64,000 nucleotides of DNA, from assembly GCA_963805625.1 (NCBI GenBank), contig CAWDVE010000010.1:1-64000 (forward strand), read 5' to 3'. Shown here piece after piece: positions 33,530-45,642 of the stretch. The translations under genes and the position numbers were made by a program. Source of the DNA: an uncultured Candidatus Rokubacteria bacterium. Its GTDB lineage: Bacteria; Methylomirabilota; Methylomirabilia; Rokubacteriales; DASRDR01. Each line of letters opens with the position of its first letter. Position 1 is the first letter of the stretch. Below the pieces are notes generated by a model that was not told the origin of the DNA, made no database searches, and was given only the letters and a program-made list of their open reading frames with translations.

Positions 33530-35119
33530 ATGAATCTCAGACAACCAAACGCAAACGAGGCAACCGGAACGGTGAACCGTTCAAGATCTGTAGCTCCGTC
33601 ATCGGGTATCTGTACCCGGTGCCTTGACGGGTGTAAGGGCAGTTGCGAGATCTGGTTATCCACCTTCCGGGGAAGGGAGGTTTTGTACCCGGGCCCATTC
33701 GGTGAGTTGACAGCAGGTGCCGATAAGAACTACCCGATTGATTACTCCCACCTCAGCATACAGGGATACGCAGTTGGTGCACAGGGACTTCCCGAAGGAG
33801 TCGAAGCCAGTCCGGATACAGCGCTCTTTTCGAAGGTAGATACCGAAACTGAGTATGGATGGGACAAGAAAGTCAGGATGCGCCTTCCTATCTTCACCGG
33901 CGCCCTTGGATCAACCGAGATTGCCCGGGTAAACTGGGAGCACTTCGCCATCGGTGCAGCGATCTCCGGTATCACGATTGTCTGCGGTGAAAATGTCTGC
34001 GGTATTGATCCTGGACTGAAACGAGATGCAAAAGGAAAGGTAATCGAGTCTCCCGAGATGGATCGCCGCATCAACATCTATAAAAAATTCTATGATGGCT
34101 ATGGTGAGATGCTTGTCCAGATGAATGTCGAAGATACCCGGCTTGGAACTGCAGAATATGTGGCAAGCAAGCACAATCTTGATACCATCGAACTCAAGTG
34201 GGGTCAGGGAGCCAAGTGTATCGGTGGCGAGATCAAGGTCAAGTCTCTTGAACGGGCAATCGAGCTTAAGAAAAGAGGTTACATCGTACTACCGGACCCG
34301 ACCCTGCATGAAAACCAGGAAGCCTACAAGGCAGGAGCCATCAAGGAGTTTGAACGGCACTCCCGGCTTGGTTTTGTTACCAAAGAGGGATTTCTGGAAG
34401 AGGTGGATCGTCTCCGTGATATCGGGTTTAAACGGGTAACTCTGAAAACCGGAGCGTACTCCATGGTCGAACTCGCCATGGCAATCCGCTACAGTGCTGA
34501 AGCCAAAATTGATCTCCTCACCATTGATGGAGCAGGTGGCGGGACCGGTATGAGCCCGTGGCCGATGATGAACGAGTGGGGTATTCCCACGTTCTACCTG
34601 CAGTCGCTTGCGTACGAATTTGCCTGCAAACTGGACAAAAAAGGCTACCGTGTGCCGGATCTGGCGATGGCTGGCGGAATCTCCGACGAACCGGGGGCGT
34701 TTAAAGCACTCGCAATGGGAAGCCCCTATTTCAAGGCAGTCTGCATGGGCAGAGGACTCATGATCCCCGGTATGGTGGGCAAGAATATTGAGAAATGGAT
34801 CAAGGAAGGTGACCTTCCCAAGTCTGTCTCCAAGTACGGCAATACCATCGAAGAAATATTCGTCTGCTACGAGGAACTTAAAGAGAAATTTGGTCCCCGT
34901 ATCAAGGAGATCCCGATGGGTGCAGTCGGTATCTATACCTATTCACAGAAATTCAAAACCGGTCTCCAGCAGATTATGGCAGGGAGCAGGAATTTCCGTC
35001 TCTCGACAATGTCACGGGATGACCTGATGGCACTCACTCCGGAGGCTGCAGAAGTATCAGGTATCGATTACGTCATGAGTGCCAGGTATGATGAAGCCAT
35101 GGGCGCTCTGCTCGACTAA
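33530..35119 (+). CDS. FMN-binding glutamate synthase family protein (stand-alone GltB2-like paralog)
   Basis: CTRCLDGCKGSC, IELKWGQGAKCIGGE, IDGAGGGTGM, AMAGG. Confidence 0.9.
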   Translation: MNLRQPNANEATGTVNRSRSVAPSSGICTRCLDGCKGSCEIWLSTFRGREVLYPGPFGELTAGADKNYPIDYSHLSIQGYAVGAQGLPEGVEASPDTALFSKVDTETEYGWDKKVRMRLPIFTGALGSTEIARVNWEHFAIGAAISGITIVCGENVCGIDPGLKRDAKGKVIESPEMDRRINIYKKFYDGYGEMLVQMNVEDTRLGTAEYVASKHNLDTIELKWGQGAKCIGGEIKVKSLERAIELKKRGYIVLPDPTLHENQEAYKAGAIKEFERHSRLGFVTKEGFLEEVDRLRDIGFKRVTLKTGAYSMVELAMAIRYSAEAKIDLLTIDGAGGGTGMSPWPMMNEWGIPTFYLQSLAYEFACKLDKKGYRVPDLAMAGGISDEPGAFKALAMGSPYFKAVCMGRGLMIPGMVGKNIEKWIKEGDLPKSVSKYGNTIEEIFVCYEELKEKFGPRIKEIPMGAVGIYTYSQKFKTGLQQIMAGSRNFRLSTMSRDDLMALTPEAAEVSGIDYVMSARYDEAMGALLD

Positions 35120-35377
35120 CTATAACGTCGGGATAACATCTGCAACAGGGAGATCCCCAAACAATTTTTTTTAAAAAAATCAGGATAACAGAACCTGTTT
35201 ATCCGGTCGTTGACAAATGGATGAGAGCTGGTCTCCCGTTTGTTTTGTGTTGTCATCGATGATTAATAACCGTTTTTTCGAGAAAAATTGTAGAGGGAGA
35301 CAATAAAATGCACGATCGGATATCTTTTCACGGATATGGATACTCGTGGCATTTCAGAACATGCTCCCGTGTAAGCA

Positions 35378-36526
35378 CTATCTTCCTTTCTGCCCGACTA
35401 TGGTAAATGACTCCAGAATCTGATGGGTAATCTGCGTCCCGAGAGTCGGCTGGATGACTTCGAGCCAGAGAAAAAAACCTACCTTCGGCGGTGTCGGGCG
35501 TTCAAATTTGAAATGACCGTCTTTTGCCTGGATCATCTTATGGTACTCCTTCTTCTGTCGCGAACGAAGGTAGATGATCAGTTCATAGCCGGGAAGATCG
35601 GTTGCTATGACTGCCTTTGAATAATATTTTGAAAAATCTTCAAATTCGATTTTCTTACTTTTCACCGACAATCCATAGGTGTCACACAGCAATTTGACAG
35701 ACTGCGGAAACAATCCGCCATAGAGTACCTTTTTGACGATCTGGCCTGTCTGGGTTGTGATTTCGGGATGTTTTCTTCCCCCTCCCTTTGATACATCAGC
35801 GAAAATCCGGGTGCGTACTTCGTCATGATAGCGCTTGTAATCAAACGGGTTTTTCATCGGGAACGTGGTTGCTGAAACCAGCTTGGGATGATTTTCCGGG
35901 TTGTTATAGATGATCCTTGGACGATAATGCTTCAGGACTGATTTGATCTCCTCACAGGAAGTAGTGTGGATAATCGCATTGGTCTTATCTTTGGCAAGCC
36001 GTTTAACCACCGAATAGTTGGACAGGTCAAAGGATGAAATAAGGAGAAAGGGGGTGATATTCTGACCGTAAAGATACCCGAGAAGACGCTTCTTGAATGC
36101 GATCTCTTCTTCAAATTCTTTGAGATCGGAAGGGGATGTCACTACCTCAGCAAATGCTACGTGGTTATCTGCATCAACCAGAAGCATATCGAATTCCGCG
36201 AGATCCTGCCCATTACCCCGAATGGTAATATCTCCGTATTTTGAATAGAAAAGGCCGTTCTGGCCGAGTTTTACATCCTCTCGTTTTCTTGGGGCATCGG
36301 CACCTTTCCGTGCAAGATATTTTATCCGGTCCGATTTTCTTGAAATATCGAGAAACATCTCGTACACGATTGCTTCAAACCACCGTCCTTCAGCAGTCCG
36401 CATCGGTTCAATATCCGGAGAGAATAGTTTTTTTCGCTCGATCTTGTTCATGTGCCGCGTGGCATTAAGCGCGATGGCTGCATTTGGTTTAAAACTTTTA
36501 AAATTGAGAGAGAGCCACGGAATCAT
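35378..36526 (-). CDS. Hypothetical protein with a possible PD-(D/E)XK-like domain
   Basis: GRWFEAIVYE...AEFDMLLVD...AFAEVVTS; start at 36526 or 36451. Confidence 0.72.
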   Translation of the reverse strand: MIPWLSLNFKSFKPNAAIALNATRHMNKIERKKLFSPDIEPMRTAEGRWFEAIVYEMFLDISRKSDRIKYLARKGADAPRKREDVKLGQNGLFYSKYGDITIRGNGQDLAEFDMLLVDADNHVAFAEVVTSPSDLKEFEEEIAFKKRLLGYLYGQNITPFLLISSFDLSNYSVVKRLAKDKTNAIIHTTSCEEIKSVLKHYRPRIIYNNPENHPKLVSATTFPMKNPFDYKRYHDEVRTRIFADVSKGGGRKHPEITTQTGQIVKKVLYGGLFPQSVKLLCDTYGLSVKSKKIEFEDFSKYYSKAVIATDLPGYELIIYLRSRQKKEYHKMIQAKDGHFKFERPTPPKVGFFLWLEVIQPTLGTQITHQILESFTIVGQKGR

Positions 36527-36685
36527 GATACACAGTATAGATCTTCTGTCATGATTGTAAATAACAATCTGTTTTCGTCTTAATAGATAGTTATATATAG
36601 CATAGAAAGATATTGCCTTCGTACCCTGAGTATGTGTAAAAACACATGACAAGGGGGAGAAGGAAATCGAGGGGGGTCTTGAAAA

Positions 36686-37039
36686 ATGCCAAAAGTCAAG
36701 AAAATAACCGGCATGGCTCCGTTGCCGCAATATATAATGCCGGATGCTTCGGAACCTGAATACGAGCTTATCCTGGAACAGCTGCAGGACTATCGCCAGT
36801 CGTTGATCGGCGCCTCATATTATTATATCAAAGCCGGGGATGATCGCTGTTGCCTGTGCCGAATCGTTCACGGCGGGGGCAAGGTCTTTTTCCACGAGCT
36901 GGTGGATCACAGCAGGCATGGCATCAGTGATGATGACATTGAAGAGTCCGTCCGGCTGGATACCGGTTCTTTTTCCTTACCGGGGTATTACCCAATCTCG
37001 CCGCATGTTGAACAAAAGCTGCGTATTTTATACGATTAA
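36686..37039 (+). CDS. Hypothetical protein
   Basis: 117-aa ORF with GAGGGGG RBS and an upstream TTATATA box. Confidence 0.65.
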   Translation: MPKVKKITGMAPLPQYIMPDASEPEYELILEQLQDYRQSLIGASYYYIKAGDDRCCLCRIVHGGGKVFFHELVDHSRHGISDDDIEESVRLDTGSFSLPGYYPISPHVEQKLRILYD

Positions 37040-37103
37040 TCCATTTTTCAGGATTACAAAGCAGATCCGGACTGATGAGAATATATAAGAGGGGAGTGAC
37101 TGG

Positions 37104-37628
37104 ATGGTGCTGACAGGCAACCAGAATGACGGACCCGTGACAAAAGCGGCAAAGGAATCTCTTGAGACCGGTAATGCCAGTCGTATCCTGATCTGGATCC
37201 CGGAAGAATCGGAAAATACCCTGAAAAATCTATTGGAAAGAGCCTGCTGCGCACGCTCTACCCGGCAGGATGGGTGTAATCGTACTGCTGAATGGTATTT
37301 TGAGACCGTCAACCGCCTCCATGCTGCGAGTCACGGATTGAATAATCTGAGCATTTCTACAAAAACACCGGAAGAAAAAGCGATAATCCTGCTGGTGGAA
37401 GGAGCATGTGAGAGTGGCAATTTTGAGGATATTGCCACACGTATACCAGACACTCCTGCCGGAGAATTGCGACAACGTTTCGAAGACCTTATGAAAAAGA
37501 GAAATAGTTATTGTGAGGAAAATTGTGTTGCTGGTCGCATGTACGTTTCAGCGTTTGTTGATTTCATCACTTTTGTGAATAACCTTCATTCAGGATCTTC
37601 TGAGAATCAGGTAAATCAGCGGCATTGA
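37104..37628 (+). CDS. DUF6448-like protein
   Basis: DGPVTKAAKESLETGN...WYFETVNRLH...AGRMYVSAFVDF; GGAGTGA RBS. Confidence 0.7.
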   Translation: MVLTGNQNDGPVTKAAKESLETGNASRILIWIPEESENTLKNLLERACCARSTRQDGCNRTAEWYFETVNRLHAASHGLNNLSISTKTPEEKAIILLVEGACESGNFEDIATRIPDTPAGELRQRFEDLMKKRNSYCEENCVAGRMYVSAFVDFITFVNNLHSGSSENQVNQRH

Positions 37629-37657
37629 AAAAATTATTCGGTTGATTTTCCTGAAAA

Positions 37658-39204
<1,547 letters not shown>

Positions 39205-39402
39205 TATACACCTGCTTTTTTTAGATCTGCATTGGGAACTGTGATGCATTTGACCTTTTGGATCCGAAATGCCATTTCATGTGTGGTTTTCCAATCCGGT
39301 CACCTGTGCACCGCTAACCGATCCCGATGCCGGATGAAAAGTCCGGGAAATCAGCATCAGATATCGCGGTCCAGGTAGCGTAATCATTTTGTTTTGTTGG
39401 AA

Positions 39403-39430
39403 GGAAGTTGTATTCCTATATTTATAAATT
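39403..39430 (-). promoter_or_regulatory. NrpR-type operator GGAA-N6-TTCC next to the TATA box of amtB-glnK
   Basis: GGAA-GTTGTA-TTCC at 39403-39416; minus-strand TTTATAAATA immediately upstream. Confidence 0.85.
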
Positions 39431-39473
39431 TAACTACAGAATCGAAAAAAAATTTCAAAAAAACAAATACTGT

Positions 39474-40670
39474 TCAGGCACGCTCACCATGCTGACAGAT
39501 ATCGAGGCCGACATACTCTTCATCTTCAGTGACCCTCATCCCCAGGGTTCGATCGATAACAAATGCAATGCAATAGGTCATCACAAAAGCAAATATGAGT
39601 GCTGCAACTGCGCATACGGTATTTACTGCAAACTGCCAGGCATTGCCTTCAACCAGTCCGGAAATTCCGCCAATTGCTGCCGCCGCAAAAATGCCGGTAG
39701 CAACGGTACCCCAGAGACCACCCATTCCGTGAATTGCCCAGGCATCCAGACTTTCGTCACATTTTTTCCTGACCCGCACGAGCATCATTCCATAACAGAG
39801 AACACCCGCGACACCCCCGATAAGAAGGGAAACCAGCGGGGTGACAAACCCGGCAGCCGGAGTTATTGCCACCATGCCGGCAATGGCGCCGCTTACCATA
39901 CCCAGTGAACTGGGTTTGCCATGATACCAGCCCGCAAACATCCATGCCAGAGCACCGGCAGCGGCTGCCGTGTTTGTTGTGACGAATGCGTTGACAGCAA
40001 CACTGTTTACTGCAAGAGCACTTCCCGCATTAAAACCGAACCAGCCAAACCATAACAGGGCAGCGCCGAGAAGAGCCATGGGGATATTATGGGGTTCCAG
40101 TGCATATTCCCCGAATCCTGCCCGGTTTTTTATCACCAGAGCAAGAGCAAGAGCACCAAAACCTGAACAGATCTCGACCACGGTCCCCCCGGCAAAATCA
40201 ATGAGTCCCAGCTTCGATGCCCATCCGCCACCCCATGCCCAGTGTGCAAGCGGACAATAGACAAGAGTGAGCCATACGAGAACAAATACAATAAATGAGG
40301 AGAACTTGATGCGTTCGGCAACTGCCGATGTCACGATGGTTACCGTAACTGCAGCAAAAAAGAGCTGGAACACCATAAAGACAAGGGGGGGATAGGCTCC
40401 CGATCCTGCATCTGCACTGACCCCGTTAAGCCCTACAAAATCGAGGTTACCGATAACTCCCCCGATATCCTGACCAAAGGCAAGAGAATACCCGATCAGG
40501 ATCCAGTGCACACTTACAAGTGCAAGGACAACAAACGAGAGGGCAATCATCGAAATGAAATTCTTCTTCCTTACCAATCCGCCATAAAAAAACCCGACAC
40601 CAGGGGTCATCAGCATCACCAGGATTGCAGAGACCATAAGCCAGGTCGTAACACCGGTATCCAAAGCCAT
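39474..40670 (-). CDS. amtB: Second ammonium transporter
   Basis: [33 protein letters not shown]; the first pore His is replaced by Glu. Confidence 0.95.
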   Translation of the reverse strand: MALDTGVTTWLMVSAILVMLMTPGVGFFYGGLVRKKNFISMIALSFVVLALVSVHWILIGYSLAFGQDIGGVIGNLDFVGLNGVSADAGSGAYPPLVFMVFQLFFAAVTVTIVTSAVAERIKFSSFIVFVLVWLTLVYCPLAHWAWGGGWASKLGLIDFAGGTVVEICSGFGALALALVIKNRAGFGEYALEPHNIPMALLGAALLWFGWFGFNAGSALAVNSVAVNAFVTTNTAAAAGALAWMFAGWYHGKPSSLGMVSGAIAGMVAITPAAGFVTPLVSLLIGGVAGVLCYGMMLVRVRKKCDESLDAWAIHGMGGLWGTVATGIFAAAAIGGISGLVEGNAWQFAVNTVCAVAALIFAFVMTYCIAFVIDRTLGMRVTEDEEYVGLDICQHGERA

Positions 40671-40887
40671 TATTTTCACCGTTGACAGCTTTTTATGTAC
40701 TGGCGTCACTCCGGAAGTTGGACCAGTCCGCTACCCGTCTGGAAGTACCTGAAGGTCCACGGACCCGGGTATCGTTTTGGTATACCTTACGGTCATCCAA
40801 CCTTTTAACTGTGCCAGAATGATCGACAGTATGTTTACCGGATTACAAGTCCGTACATTGCCGATACATTAATGTAAAAAATTTTGA

Positions 40888-42214
40888 TCAGTATGTTGCA
40901 AGATACCTGTCAAGTTCCCAGGGATGGACTGCAAGCCGGAAGGAATCGGTTTCCATCTGGGCAATACTTGAAAGATTCGTTACAACATGTTCACCGAGCG
41001 TCTTACAGAGCACTTCATCCTTGACGAGCATTGCATTGGATTCCATAAGGCTGCCCGGCAGCATATCGATATGGAGTCGCTTCCGGGCTTTCTCATCGAG
41101 ATGATAGATATTGGTATTCGTGCTTTCAGGTGGCATAACCTTGTTCCTGATACCATCCAGTCCGGCTGCAAGCATACAGGCAAAGGTAAGATACGGGTTG
41201 CACATCGGGTCCGGGCTGCGGAACTCTGCCCGGGTGCTGTTACCCCTTGCTGCCGGAACGCGAACCAGCGCGGAACGGTTGGCTGCACTCCAGGAGATGT
41301 AACAGGGGGCTTCATAACCGGGGACAAGGCGCTTGTAGGAGTTGATTGTCGGGTTTGCAACACGGGTAATCGCCTTTGCGTGTTTCAGGATACCGCCGAT
41401 ATAGTACATTGCGGTATCGGAGAGTCTGGTTTTCTCCATTGGGATCAAAGAATGCATTCTTCCCGTTTCTGGCCAGCGATCCATGGGTGTGCATACCGCT
41501 GCCATTGATGCCTGCAATCGGCTTTGCCATAAAGCTCGCGTGCAAACCGTACTGCAGCGCGATTGACTTGGTTGCAAATTTGAAGGTAATAACCCGATCT
41601 GCAGTAATGAGTGCATCACCATATTTAAAGTCAATTTCATGCTGGCTGTCAGCGACTTCATGATGGGATGCTTCTATCTCGAATCCCATATCACTGAGTG
41701 CAAGGACAACATCGCGTCGGACATCCTCTGCAGAATCGGTAGGGGCGAGATCAAAATACCCCCCGCGATCTTCAAATTCTGTTGTCGGAACTCCCTCATA
41801 CATTTTAAAGAGGAAAAACTCGAGTTCAGGACCGGTATTAAACGTGAATCCCATCTTTGCTGCTTCAGCAATGGTTTTTCGCAGGATATAACGAGGATCT
41901 CCGTCAAACGGTTTGTTTCCATAGGTCTGGACGTCACAAATAAACCGGGCAACCTTCCCCTCCTGGGGTCTCCAGGGAAGGACCGCATACGTTGACGGGT
42001 CTGGTTTGAGCATCATGTCGGATTCTTCAATGCGGGCAAATCCTTCTATGGATGAGCCATCAAACCAGATACCCTCAGTAAGGGCTTTTTCTGCCTGAAT
42101 AACCGGAATCGAGACGTTTTTCGGCTGACCCTGGATGTCAGTAAACTGAAGTCGGATAAATTTTACCTTGTCCGCTTCAATTTTTTTGAGGAGTTTTGTT
42201 ACATCTGCTGACAT
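40888..42214 (-). CDS. glnA: Glutamine synthetase type I (frameshift near 41425)
   Basis: [35 protein letters not shown], then [20 protein letters not shown]. Confidence 0.96.
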
Positions 42215-42217
42215 ATT

Positions 42218-42305
42218 GGAAGACATGTTCCACCCATTTGTATTTATACTTATTCAACCAATCTGATTGAACGAATGTTCGCTAGTGCAATGAACATATG
42301 TTCAT
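42218..42305. promoter_or_regulatory. glnA/gltB1 divergent promoter with NrpR-type operators
   Basis: GGAA-GACATG-TTCC at 42218-42231, minus-strand TATAAATA at 42241-42248, TGAA-CGAATG-TTCG at 42268-42281, palindrome ATGAACATATGTTCAT at 42290-42305. Confidence 0.82.
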
Positions 42306-42335
42306 CAGTACAACATCATTCTGTATTGTGATAAT

Positions 42336-43388
42336 ATGTGTGGTATTATAGGTGTCCTGGATAAGCGCCGCGAGAGCGTGGATGGTGCAAAAATCAAAGA
42401 GGCACTCTCCATGATGAACGAGCGGGGGAGTGGTGAAGGAGCCGGTTACGTAGCGTATGGGATCTATCCTGAATACAAGGATTATTTTGCGCTGCATGTT
42501 TTTTTTGACAATATCCGTGAAAACAAGGCTGCACTCGATACGCTCCTGGAGAAATGGGGTACCATCGTCCATGATGAACAGATCAAAACGTACGAACAGC
42601 CCAATATCCGGAAAGTCCATACCCCGTGGCGTTATTTCTTCCGTCCTGACAGGAGCCTGATGCCCAAAAGTACCACGCCCGATGAAGATATTGTCACCCA
42701 CCTTGTCATGAAAATCAACGCTGAAAAGAACGGGGCCCTCATCTTCTCATCCGGTAAAAATCTGGGGGTATTCAAGGCTGCAGGCTGGCCCGAGGATGTT
42801 GCCGATTTCTACCGGATCCAGGATTACCAGGGATACCTCTGGCTGGCGCATAACCGGTACCCGACCAATACTCCCGGCTGGTGGGGAGGAGCGCACCCGT
42901 TCAATCTCCTGAACTGGAGCGTCGTTCACAACGGGGAGATCACCTCGTATGGTACAAACCGTCGTTACATTGAAAGTTACGGGTATAAGTGCACCATGTT
43001 TACTGACACCGAAGTGGTAGCCTACCTCGTGGACCTTCTTATCCGTAAACACGGTCTCTCGGAAAAAATGGCAGTCCGGGCACTTGCCCCCCCGTTCTGG
43101 GAAGATATCGACCGGATGCCGGCAAAAGAACAGGAACTCAATCGTGCGATCCGGCTGGCCTATGGATCCGCACTCATGAATGGACCGTTTGCCATCTGCG
43201 TTGCCAATGAAAACACCCTTGTGGGATTTACCGACAGGATCAAACTGCGTCCACTCGTAACCGGTGAACTTGGCGACCGGCTCTATATTTCCAGCGAGGA
43301 AGCAGCAATCCGCAGGATGGAACCGGATGTTGATAATATCGCCATGCCAAAAGCCGGCGAACCGGTTATCGGGAGGGTCATCGCATGA
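42336..43388 (+). CDS. Glutamate synthase, class II glutamine amidotransferase subunit (GltB1)
   Basis: MCGIIG, ERG, HNRYPT, AHPF, VHNGEI, TDTE. Confidence 0.93.
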   Translation: MCGIIGVLDKRRESVDGAKIKEALSMMNERGSGEGAGYVAYGIYPEYKDYFALHVFFDNIRENKAALDTLLEKWGTIVHDEQIKTYEQPNIRKVHTPWRYFFRPDRSLMPKSTTPDEDIVTHLVMKINAEKNGALIFSSGKNLGVFKAAGWPEDVADFYRIQDYQGYLWLAHNRYPTNTPGWWGGAHPFNLLNWSVVHNGEITSYGTNRRYIESYGYKCTMFTDTEVVAYLVDLLIRKHGLSEKMAVRALAPPFWEDIDRMPAKEQELNRAIRLAYGSALMNGPFAICVANENTLVGFTDRIKLRPLVTGELGDRLYISSEEAAIRRMEPDVDNIAMPKAGEPVIGRVIA

Positions 43389-44896
43389 CCATAGGGAGTA
43401 TCCCTCTCAGGTTCAAAGTGGAGATCGATCCTGACCAGTGCATGCTCTGCGGACGCTGCGTTGAAAACTGTTCATATGGCGTGTTTCGTAAAGAGGGGGA
43501 CGCTATTCGTGTGAACTCCCGGAACTGTGTTGCATGTCATCGCTGTTCGGCCTTCTGCCCCAGAGATGCGATAAGCATCTACGAGAAACCCACGGATTAC
43601 CGGAGTCATCCGGTATGGACCCGTGAAATCCGTGAGGCTGTCTTCAACCAGGCAAAGACCGGGAAGATCATCCTTGCCGGGATGGGAAATGCACTCCCCT
43701 ACCCTATTATTTTCGACCGCCTCGTGCTCGATGCCTGCCAGGTCACCAACCCAAGTATTGACCCGCTCCGGGAACCGATGGAATTGCGAACGTATCTTGG
43801 CAAAAAACCCTCGTCCCTTTCCCTTAAAGAGTCAGCGGATGGCACTGTTGAACTGATAACAAAACTCTCGCCAAATCTCCAGATAGAGACACCGATCATG
43901 GTCGGGCATATGAGTTATGGTGCCATCAGCCTGAATGCACAGACTGCGATTGCCAAAGCAGTCAGCCGGATCGGCACCTTCATGGGAACCGGGGAAGGCG
44001 GGCTTCACGAATCGCTCTACCCTTACCAGAGTAATATGATAGTTCAGGTGGCCAGCGGACGGTTTGGGGTAGACATCAATTATCTCGAACGCGGTGCGGC
44101 GATAGAGATCAAAATAGGGCAGGGTGCAAAGCCGGGAATAGGAGGGCACCTGCCCGGTGAAAAAGTCTGCGCCGATGTATCCTGCACGCGGATGATCCCG
44201 GAAGGGAGTGACGCCATAAGCCCCGCTCCCCATCATGATATCTATAGTATTGAGGATCTCAAGCAGCTCGTGCGCAGCCTGAAAGAAGCTACCGAATGGA
44301 AGAAACCGGTCTTTGTGAAGATTGCGGCAGTTCACAACACTGCTGCAATTGCCGCGGGTATCGCCCGCTCATCGGCAGATGCAGTAGTGATTGATGGCTT
44401 CCGTGGCGGTACGGGTGCGGCTCCAAGGGTATTCCGGGATCATGTTGGTATACCCGTAGAAGCAGCAGTGGCAAGCGTTGATGCAAAACTCCGGCAGCAG
44501 GGAATAAGAAACCAGGTCTCAATTATCGCAAGTGGCGGGATCCGTGAAAGTGCGGATGTGGCAAAGATCATCTGCCTTGGGGCTGATGCTGTGTATATCG
44601 GTACTTCCGCCCTCGTTGCCATGGGATGCCGTGTCTGCGGTACCTGCTACCGGGGGCAGTGTGCATGGGGCATCGCCACGCAGAAACCGGAACTTACAAA
44701 GAGGCTGGATCCTGACGTAGAGTCTGTGCATGTCGAGAACCTGATCCATGGCTGGACACTTGAACTTGCCGAACTGATGGGGGCTGCCGGCATCAACAGC
44801 ATCGAGAGCCTGAGGGGAAACCGCGACCGGCTGCGTGGCTATATGCTTGACGAGGGGCTTCTGAACGTGCTTGATGTGAAGACCGTGGGGGCATGA
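43385..44896 (+). CDS. Glutamate synthase, ferredoxin + FMN subunit (GltB2)
   Basis: Two CxxCxxCxxxC motifs, MSYGAIS, GTGEGG, QVASGRFG, IKIGQGAKPGIGGHLP, 3Fe-4S Cys. Confidence 0.94.
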   Translation: MTIGSIPLRFKVEIDPDQCMLCGRCVENCSYGVFRKEGDAIRVNSRNCVACHRCSAFCPRDAISIYEKPTDYRSHPVWTREIREAVFNQAKTGKIILAGMGNALPYPIIFDRLVLDACQVTNPSIDPLREPMELRTYLGKKPSSLSLKESADGTVELITKLSPNLQIETPIMVGHMSYGAISLNAQTAIAKAVSRIGTFMGTGEGGLHESLYPYQSNMIVQVASGRFGVDINYLERGAAIEIKIGQGAKPGIGGHLPGEKVCADVSCTRMIPEGSDAISPAPHHDIYSIEDLKQLVRSLKEATEWKKPVFVKIAAVHNTAAIAAGIARSSADAVVIDGFRGGTGAAPRVFRDHVGIPVEAAVASVDAKLRQQGIRNQVSIIASGGIRESADVAKIICLGADAVYIGTSALVAMGCRVCGTCYRGQCAWGIATQKPELTKRLDPDVESVHVENLIHGWTLELAELMGAAGINSIESLRGNRDRLRGYMLDEGLLNVLDVKTVGA

Positions 44897-45642
44897 GCAT
44901 GAAAACAGTCCGTATTGATGCCAAAGATCTTCATTACACCCCCCTCAACCAGAAGATCCGGGCTGCTGTAGCTGATGGTGTAAAAGAGATCGTCATCGAC
45001 CATGTCCTTGGCCAGCGGTTTATTGCAGATGGATTGCGTGGCGATGATGTGACCATCACGGTTAATGGTGTGCCCGGTGGGGACCTTGCCATGTTTATGA
45101 GCGGCCCCACGATTATTGTTCATGGAAATGCTGACCACGCACCGGGTAACACCATGGACAAGGGAAAGGTCGTCATACACGGAAGCGCCGGTGATGCAGT
45201 CGCCCACAGCATGCGGGGTGGCAGGGTGTACGTACGCGACAACATCGGTTACCGTGGTGGTATCCATATGAAGCGGTACCGGGAGAAGCACCCTATTCTT
45301 GTAGTCGGCGGCAGTGCCCGCGCTTTCCTCGGCGAATCGATGGCAGGCGGAATCATCATTGTCCTCGGGCTCAAAGGTGTCCCTCCGGTTTCAGAACAGG
45401 GTGTGGGCAGCGGGATTCATGGGGGAGAGATCTTTGTCCGTGGCACAATTGACGATCTCTGTCTCGGAGGCGGAGCCAGACAGGCGCCGGTCACAGAAGA
45501 GCAGAAAGCTGTGATCCGCCCGATTATTGAGGATTTCGCCAAATCGTTCGGCATTGATGCAGCACCCCTGCTTGCATCGGATTACACGCGGATCGCTGCG
45601 ACAAGCGCCAGGCCGTTTGCAAACAAGTATACGTGGGAATGA
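44893..45642 (+). CDS. Glutamate synthase, GXGXG beta-helix subunit (GltB3)
   Basis: GVPGGDLAMFMSG, GYRGGIHM, GESMAGG repeats. Confidence 0.9.
   Translation: MSMKTVRIDAKDLHYTPLNQKIRAAVADGVKEIVIDHVLGQRFIADGLRGDDVTITVNGVPGGDLAMFMSGPTIIVHGNADHAPGNTMDKGKVVIHGSAGDAVAHSMRGGRVYVRDNIGYRGGIHMKRYREKHPILVVGGSARAFLGESMAGGIIIVLGLKGVPPVSEQGVGSGIHGGEIFVRGTIDDLCLGGGARQAPVTEEQKAVIRPIIEDFAKSFGIDAAPLLASDYTRIAATSARPFANKYTWE

Noticed and set aside
40671-40887. Short ORFs or an NrpR site upstream of the second amt
   Set aside because: Only ORFs of about 21 codons or fewer, and the best operator candidate has the wrong spacing (GGA-N7-TCC).
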